IMG/VR virus record: IMGVR_UViG_3300032287_003360
Coordinates: 1 to 56,893 of that record
DNA from: a virus
Lineage: Duplodnaviria > Caudoviricetes
Strand: one strand, 5' to 3'
Length of the DNA: 56,893 nucleotides
The position numbers were made by a program, and so were the translations under genes. Positions 52,054-56,893 of the stretch are shown here, piece by piece (the stretch's first letter is position 1; each line of letters begins with the position of its first letter). Under the pieces are notes generated by a model. It had not been told where the DNA came from and made no database searches. It worked only from the letters and a program-made list of their open reading frames with translations.

Positions 52054-52084
52054 GTTACTTCGAAAAGTTACTTCACAGAGTAAT
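52054..52084. repeat. Triple half-site chain at a late gene junction
   Basis: GTTAC-N8-GTTAC-N8-GTAAT. Confidence 0.85.
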
Positions 52085-52338
52085 TAGCAATTCCATGCCC
52101 GCAGCGACTTGTTGATGCGGGAGTTGGGATCGTTCGCCGTCTTAGCGCTGGTGAGCTTCTTCTTCATACCTTTCATACGGGCACAGAAAGAATCACGACG
52201 CGGGCCACCTTCCGGCTGAGGCGCCTTGAGTCCTGGTTTTCCAGGATTGGCTTTGTTGTAGGACGCGCGGCCTTTGGCATTCAGGCCCCCGCGAGGATTT
52301 TTCCCTTCCTCGCGCTGCCATGCGGGTGTCTTGGCCAC
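52084..52338 (-). CDS. Basic conserved phage protein (DUF6321-like)
   Basis: AWQR.EGKNP.GGLN...SFCARM...SLRAWNC; GTG start overlapping the upstream TAG. Confidence 0.75.
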   Translation of the reverse strand: MAKTPAWQREEGKNPRGGLNAKGRASYNKANPGKPGLKAPQPEGGPRRDSFCARMKGMKKKLTSAKTANDPNSRINKSLRAWNC

Positions 52339-52514
52339 TACTTCATGCCCTTCTTCATAAAGGCGGGCATAGCTTTCTTTCCTTTCGGAGCAGACTTCAT
52401 AGCCATGGCGTCTTTCTTGAGATCGACTTTCGAATTTTCCTTGATGCCCCTCTTTTTGTCCATCGCCATGTCTTTCTTTTCGAAAGGCATCATCTTTTTG
52501 TTCATCTTCGCCAT
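52338..52514 (-). CDS. Small Lys/Met-rich protein (not in ORF track)
   Basis: MAKMNKKMMPFEKKD...MKKGMK, 58 aa, AAGGA RBS. Confidence 0.75.
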   Translation of the reverse strand: MAKMNKKMMPFEKKDMAMDKKRGIKENSKVDLKKDAMAMKSAPKGKKAMPAFMKKGMK

Positions 52515-52541
52515 CTGGATATTCCTTTGCTGGTTTAAGGG

Positions 52542-54041
52542 TTACGACATAGCTTCCTGACAAATCAAGTGCGCGCCTACGTTGGCACTGTTGCCAGAAT
52601 TGTTCGTGAAAGCAAGAGTCAGAATGTCTGGCTGCGAGCCACGAATTGTATTGTACAGCGGAAACAGATTTGAAAGGTCAATCTGCTGAAGGCCAGAACC
52701 GCCAGCGGGAGAAGTAAAGGCCATAACTACCTCTCCTCCAGAAAGTACTGTAGATGATACGTCGCGCTCTGCGAAGCTGTTAGCAGAACCAAGTCCTGAC
52801 AGAGCAGCCCAGTTCACGCCGGTCAAAGTGACAGGACTGGTCGGTGTGCTGGCGATAATTTCAAAAATGCCCACTTGGTCAGCAGACACCATGAGGTTGC
52901 GCGGCAAGATCTGCCCACGGTTCACAAGCCCGATCGTGTAGTTCTGGCCAGCTACAGGTGCAGCAGCCAGTGCGGCACCAGTGCAGATATCCGCAATGGT
53001 CAGCGTGTTATTTGTGTTTGAAAGAATACGTGCCGTATAGATGACGCCAGAGTTCACATAAGAAACTCCGCGTCCTTGCCACTGATTGGTCGTCCAGGGG
53101 GTGCCAGAGACTGTCAGTGAAGTAGTTGTTCCAGATGCGATCGCAGCAGTGGCTTGAGTATATTCTTGTGCGCCCATCACGCGGTTGCGGATAGACAGAA
53201 CTGGAAAACGTGTTGAGGCATTGGTGATAACACGGCGTGGTGTAGCTGGAGCCATTCCATACGAGTAAGTAAACCCGCGCTGGTCATCGACTCCACCTTC
53301 GACAAGAACCGACACGCCATAATGGATAAAGCTGTTGTCGCCCGATGTAGCGCCGGTATTGCGCAGCTCGTAGCGAACGGGAAGGTTACCTGTACGCGCC
53401 CATGGCACAGACTGTCCAGGACGATTACCGATCCCGATCTGGTGCAGGATAACCGGTTCGCCATCCAGCAAGCAGCCCCAGCGAAGAGCACCTGCGCCAT
53501 ACCAAGCGTACTCCATCCAGAGCATCTGAATACGGGTAAAATCGAGCCTGTTAATGGTCGGTTTATCACCATTCCACTGCGAAAGATCGATTCTTGTATC
53601 AGTCACCGTGCCACTGATATCTGAGCGAATAACAACGCCCATGCCAAATGGATTGTCAGCCGAAGCCGTACCCTGCTCAAAAAAAATACCGTTGGAATCG
53701 TCAAAATAGCCGATGCGCTGGCGGTTGTTTGGATTCGGGTTACCAAACAGGCAAGCAGTAGCCATGAACATAGCTTTACCTGGCTGGTAACGATGATACG
53801 GGCGCGACTGGCGAATAACAAGATCCCCGCTCGCATTAGTTACCGACAGGCGCACGCCGCCCTGGCTGGGAAGATGCACAATAGTACCGCTACCAGAAGT
53901 CAGAGACTCCCAGCGCAACGGCTGCGGGCCGTATTCAAAGTCGGCTTCATAGATGTTCTGGTGCATGGACATCTTGAGCCGCCCAACAACATCGGTGCTT
54001 TGGCTGGGAAACGCTTTGAAAACGGTGTTACCAAACATCAT
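52542..54041 (-). CDS. Virion structural protein (beta-rich, possible spike/receptor-binding)
   Basis: RYQPGK, WYGAG and LPVRYE motifs recalled from phage structural proteins. Confidence 0.65.
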   Translation of the reverse strand: MMFGNTVFKAFPSQSTDVVGRLKMSMHQNIYEADFEYGPQPLRWESLTSGSGTIVHLPSQGGVRLSVTNASGDLVIRQSRPYHRYQPGKAMFMATACLFGNPNPNNRQRIGYFDDSNGIFFEQGTASADNPFGMGVVIRSDISGTVTDTRIDLSQWNGDKPTINRLDFTRIQMLWMEYAWYGAGALRWGCLLDGEPVILHQIGIGNRPGQSVPWARTGNLPVRYELRNTGATSGDNSFIHYGVSVLVEGGVDDQRGFTYSYGMAPATPRRVITNASTRFPVLSIRNRVMGAQEYTQATAAIASGTTTSLTVSGTPWTTNQWQGRGVSYVNSGVIYTARILSNTNNTLTIADICTGAALAAAPVAGQNYTIGLVNRGQILPRNLMVSADQVGIFEIIASTPTSPVTLTGVNWAALSGLGSANSFAERDVSSTVLSGGEVVMAFTSPAGGSGLQQIDLSNLFPLYNTIRGSQPDILTLAFTNNSGNSANVGAHLICQEAMS

Positions 54042-54238
54042 TACCTCCTAGGGCATACCGCCCGATAGACCTGATTGTGCGCGAGAACTTGCCTCTTCGT
54101 ATCTGCGGTATCCGCACGCGACGGACGAATAACGCTGAAAGCACCGCAAACCCCGTCAACGGGAGGCGGGCTTTCGGGTCTGTAGGTGCAACCGCTAATC
54201 GCGATAGTCACCCCTAAGAGCAGCGTCAACTTCGTCAT
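54041..54238 (-). CDS. o-spanin (Rz1-like lipoprotein)
   Basis: Lipobox ISGC, Pro-rich, overlaps i-spanin 3' end. Confidence 0.75.
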   Translation of the reverse strand: MTKLTLLLGVTIAISGCTYRPESPPPVDGVCGAFSVIRPSRADTADTKRQVLAHNQVYRAVCPRR

Positions 54239-54419
54239 TCGTCATCGTTCCGACTTTAGTATGTATTTCTTTGGAACGGGCAATCAACTTGTTTGTCCGT
54301 TCCAACTCTCGTGCGATCTGCTGGCGGGCGCCTTCATCGAGAAGGCGCTTTTCTTCAAGGTACCGGATCAGCGAATTAATGATCTGGAGCCCAACAAGAA
54401 CCAGCTTGATATAAGTCAC
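54195..54419 (-). CDS. i-spanin (Rz-like)
   Basis: N-terminal hydrophobic helix plus coiled coil. Confidence 0.7.
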   Translation of the reverse strand: MTYIKLVLVGLQIINSLIRYLEEKRLLDEGARQQIARELERTNKLIARSKEIHTKVGTMTNDEVDAALRGDYRD

Positions 54420-54634
54420 TTCCTGGCTGCCTCGTTCGCTGCTTCGACGGACTGCACCGCCTTGTTCACCGTCGTGGTCACGCCATTACGGATAAACATG
54501 CCCATAAGCGCAGGCCAAATGATGTTGAGCGTCTGGCCAAGATCAGCCACGCCCGCAAGGTATGAACAGATAGCACTGATAATGACACCAGCGCCGAGAA
54601 GGTAGGTCTTGTAGCCGACAAGCGAAGTAAACAT
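54416..54634 (-). CDS. Putative holin
   Basis: GYKTY plus two TM segments, between endolysin and spanins. Confidence 0.65.
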   Translation of the reverse strand: MFTSLVGYKTYLLGAGVIISAICSYLAGVADLGQTLNIIWPALMGMFIRNGVTTTVNKAVQSVEAANEAARK

Positions 54635-54653
54635 GAACGTCTCCTATAGGGGG

Positions 54654-55145
54654 TTAAAGCCGGGCAAACTGGAAGTGCATTCCGTCACAGGATGCACCTG
54701 CCCAGCGGCCACCCCAGACTGCCCCTTGATCCTCAAACGCTTTGATGATGAAGGGGTACTTCAGAAAATTCGGCGACGTATCGCCCATTGCGTTCCGCGC
54801 CGGATCAAAGTCGATCGCGCACCCATACGAGTGCATCGACAAGCTGTTTCCGTTGCGCTTGAGTCGAAAATTGTAAGACCCACCGAAAACATTCGCGCCG
54901 CTTTCGGTAAGAAGCTGCTTGTCGCTTTTGACCGCACGATCGATGGAAATCAGCGCCTGGAGAACGGCTACGGCGCACTTCCGATGAACTCTGAAAGTCC
55001 TAATCGGCTTGCCCGCGTAGAACATCTGGAACGGCGGTACAAGGGGTACAAGATGCTCGCTTTCCCACTTGGAAGAAGGCCGGTCATTCCGCCCGCGCGG
55101 ATTACCGTAGAAAGCACCGCACTCACTTTGCTTGGGCCAGTTCAT
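54654..55145 (-). CDS. Endolysin, M15 zinc peptidase
   Basis: SMHSYGCAIDF and DGMHFQ. Confidence 0.9.
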   Translation of the reverse strand: MNWPKQSECGAFYGNPRGRNDRPSSKWESEHLVPLVPPFQMFYAGKPIRTFRVHRKCAVAVLQALISIDRAVKSDKQLLTESGANVFGGSYNFRLKRNGNSLSMHSYGCAIDFDPARNAMGDTSPNFLKYPFIIKAFEDQGAVWGGRWAGASCDGMHFQFARL

Positions 55146-55384
55146 TTGCGTAGCGCTTCCTCGATGCTATCCAGCTTCGCCATAATAGCTCGACTGGTTT
55201 CACGTATCTCTTTGATCTCGCGATCGTGAGCTTGCCTTGCAGTGGTTGTCGCGGTTTTAAGCACGGCAATCTCAGTATCATGACTTTGAAGCTTTGTATA
55301 GTTCAACCAAACGAAAGCTGCAACAGGCGCGATGACCCACTGTAAAATAGTCCTGATAGCCTCAATAACTTGTCCTTCGGGCAT
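55142..55384 (-). CDS. Single-TM coiled-coil protein (holin/antiholin-like)
   Basis: One TM then coiled coil; AAGGAG RBS. Confidence 0.6.
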   Translation of the reverse strand: MPEGQVIEAIRTILQWVIAPVAAFVWLNYTKLQSHDTEIAVLKTATTTARQAHDREIKEIRETSRAIMAKLDSIEEALRK

Positions 55385-55420
55385 TCGATTATACTCCTTA
55401 CCCATACGTAAACCGCTCAG

Positions 55421-55684
55421 CTATCCGTACAGAAAAACTTGGACATATACAAGAGCTAGAACATAGACAAATGCACAGATAAGTACAGGAGCAAGAAGGC
55501 CTGGCCAATCGAACGGCAATCCAGCTCCACCACCTTGCTCCCATTGAGTGTACTCCCGGCCTACGTAGAATGCTGCGCCAGCCGAGAGCCCGGCAGAAAG
55601 CCCCAAGAAAGGCCATAGTAAAACAGCGATGGCAAGCGCAAAAACTGCATGGCAGATGTAATAGCGCCCGAAAGGACAAATCAC
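55421..55684 (-). CDS. Membrane protein
   Basis: Multiple hydrophobic segments, GREYTQ. Confidence 0.65.
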   Translation of the reverse strand: MICPFGRYYICHAVFALAIAVLLWPFLGLSAGLSAGAAFYVGREYTQWEQGGGAGLPFDWPGLLAPVLICAFVYVLALVYVQVFLYG

Positions 55685-56893
55685 GTTTTATCCCCTTCCA
55701 GTTTTGAAATCCTTTCTTCAAGGTTTGCAATCTTAGCGTTTGCCGCTTCAAGTTGTGCGCTAACTTCCTGTAGCGCCCGCACTACGACAGGCATTAGCGA
55801 ACCGGGACCCACGGACCTGTAAGGATCGTTCGGGTCATCACTCTCGCCCCAAATATCGACCGCATCCGGGAACACCTGTTCAATCTCTTGGGCAATAAAC
55901 CCAAGCTGGTCTTTCTTTCCGCCGCCAAATTCTTCTTTGAAATCGAACCGCACTGGCCTCAGCGCATTGATGACGCTGAGGCCTTCGGTAGAGTTCCGAA
56001 TGTTCTCTTTCATCCGGATGTCGGACACAGACTGGACAGCGGTATTGACGGCGAAGATGGTTCCCGCGCCGTTTACGCGAAACACGGTCCCACTGCCGCC
56101 CGATTGGGCGTTAATGTGATTGAAAGCGGGTGAGGAAGAAGTGTTCGTGTACGAATGGAAAATGCCGTCCGACGTGCAGCTTGAAGAAGCGGAAATGGCC
56201 TGAATTACCTTTGCCGCCGGAGAGGTGCCGTTGGATTGTATTAGCCCGATTGGGTTAGCCCCGGTTGCATCTCCAACCACCACCAGGCCGTTTTGAGTAT
56301 TAACAAAGTTGATACTTGGACCGATAACAAGATTTCCGTTTGGGTCAATCCGCATCCGCTCCTGAGCACTGCTACCCTGGCAAAAAAGAATCTCGCCGGA
56401 TGGAAAAACGATAATTCTTGCAAATTCAACACCACCAATTTTATAAAAATCGTAACACGGAAACCCTGAAAAAGCTTGGCGCTCCATAGCTGCGTAACCA
56501 GCAGATCCAACTGCGGCAACAATACCATTTGTATTTCGCGCAGCAAATCCATTATATACAGTAAGCCCATTTTGTACCACAAGACTACCTGAAATGTTGC
56601 CGCCAGCTAAAGGAAGGTATACGTTACCTCCAGCAATAACCCACTGCGACAACACCCCGTTATTATAGTAAACATACAACAGGCCGTCGCTGTTTTTCCA
56701 CCACAAGTCGCCGACTTGAGGGTTACTAGGAGCTGTATTAGAAACAAAACAACTAATACTCAACGCGCCCCAATCAGCAGTATACCCTTCGAACCTGTTA
56801 ATAGTAGAATTATAACGCATCATGCCAGCCGAAGGGCTGGCAGGGCGCTGCGCAGTTGTACCCAAAGGCGGGGTCATAGACTGTTGAGTAGGA
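55681..56893 (-). CDS. Tail fibre with C-terminal S74 intramolecular chaperone (3' part)
   Basis: GTTAQRP...RYN, SDIRMKENI, GFIAQE, terminal coiled coil; true start at 299 across the join. Confidence 0.88.
   Translation of the reverse strand, partial: PTQQSMTPPLGTTAQRPASPSAGMMRYNSTINRFEGYTADWGALSISCFVSNTAPSNPQVGDLWWKNSDGLLYVYYNNGVLSQWVIAGGNVYLPLAGGNISGSLVVQNGLTVYNGFAARNTNGIVAAVGSAGYAAMERQAFSGFPCYDFYKIGGVEFARIIVFPSGEILFCQGSSAQERMRIDPNGNLVIGPSINFVNTQNGLVVVGDATGANPIGLIQSNGTSPAAKVIQAISASSSCTSDGIFHSYTNTSSSPAFNHINAQSGGSGTVFRVNGAGTIFAVNTAVQSVSDIRMKENIRNSTEGLSVINALRPVRFDFKEEFGGGKKDQLGFIAQEIEQVFPDAVDIWGESDDPNDPYRSVGPGSLMPVVVRALQEVSAQLEAANAKIANLEERISKLEGDKT
56771..56893. repeat. Terminal overlap identical to 1-123
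   Basis: Exact identity. Confidence 0.95.

Noticed and set aside
767-52084. Motif as a known host box (CtrA TTAA-N7-TTAA, alpha LexA GTTC-N7-GTTC, NtcA GTA-N8-TAC)
   Set aside because: Half-site sequence, order or spacing do not match
52084-52563. 159-aa ORF as listed in the track
   Set aside because: Better explained as two coupled genes (52338-52514 and 52084-52338) with an RBS and a TAGTG overlap
52542-56893. Diversity-generating retroelement acting on tail genes
   Set aside because: No reverse transcriptase and no adenine-variant TR/VR repeat pair seen
1-56893. tRNA genes, integrase, phage RNA polymerase
   Set aside because: No cloverleaf/T-loop context or catalytic motifs recognised by eye; tRNAscan and HMM searches would be needed to exclude them

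Overview
The window is an apparently complete, circularly assembled dsDNA tailed-phage genome of 56,770 bp. Positions 1-123 repeat exactly at 56771-56893, and the join cuts the tail-fibre gene. The virion module is podovirus-like and lies on the minus strand: portal, scaffold, capsid, adaptors, tail fibre, lysis cassette, nozzle, GNAT and three ejection proteins. The plus strand carries the terminase, a non-coding control region (10.2-11.7 kb), many short early genes, a MoxR-vWA pair and a replication module (PolA, dCMP deaminase, Cas4-like nuclease, VRR-NUC, SNF2 helicase, SSB-like protein, primase-helicase). Spanins imply a Gram-negative host; promoter, sRNA and regulator features suggest an alphaproteobacterium (inference). 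I saw no integrase, tRNA, CRISPR array or reverse transcriptase. Two signals stand out. (1) An 18-bp element, GTWAC-N8-GTWAC, occurs genome-wide: about 30 exact copies by manual count and a similar number of near matches. It sits inside genes, forms 13-bp-period chains, and forms the stop/RBS/start junction of many early genes, including a tandem paralog array. A receiver-less OmpR/CtrA-type winged-helix protein is a candidate reader. (2) A ~430-nt highly structured non-coding segment has a hammerhead-like three-way junction at its base. An anti-SD sRNA and a switch-like leader lie nearby. All family names come from motif recall, not database searches.
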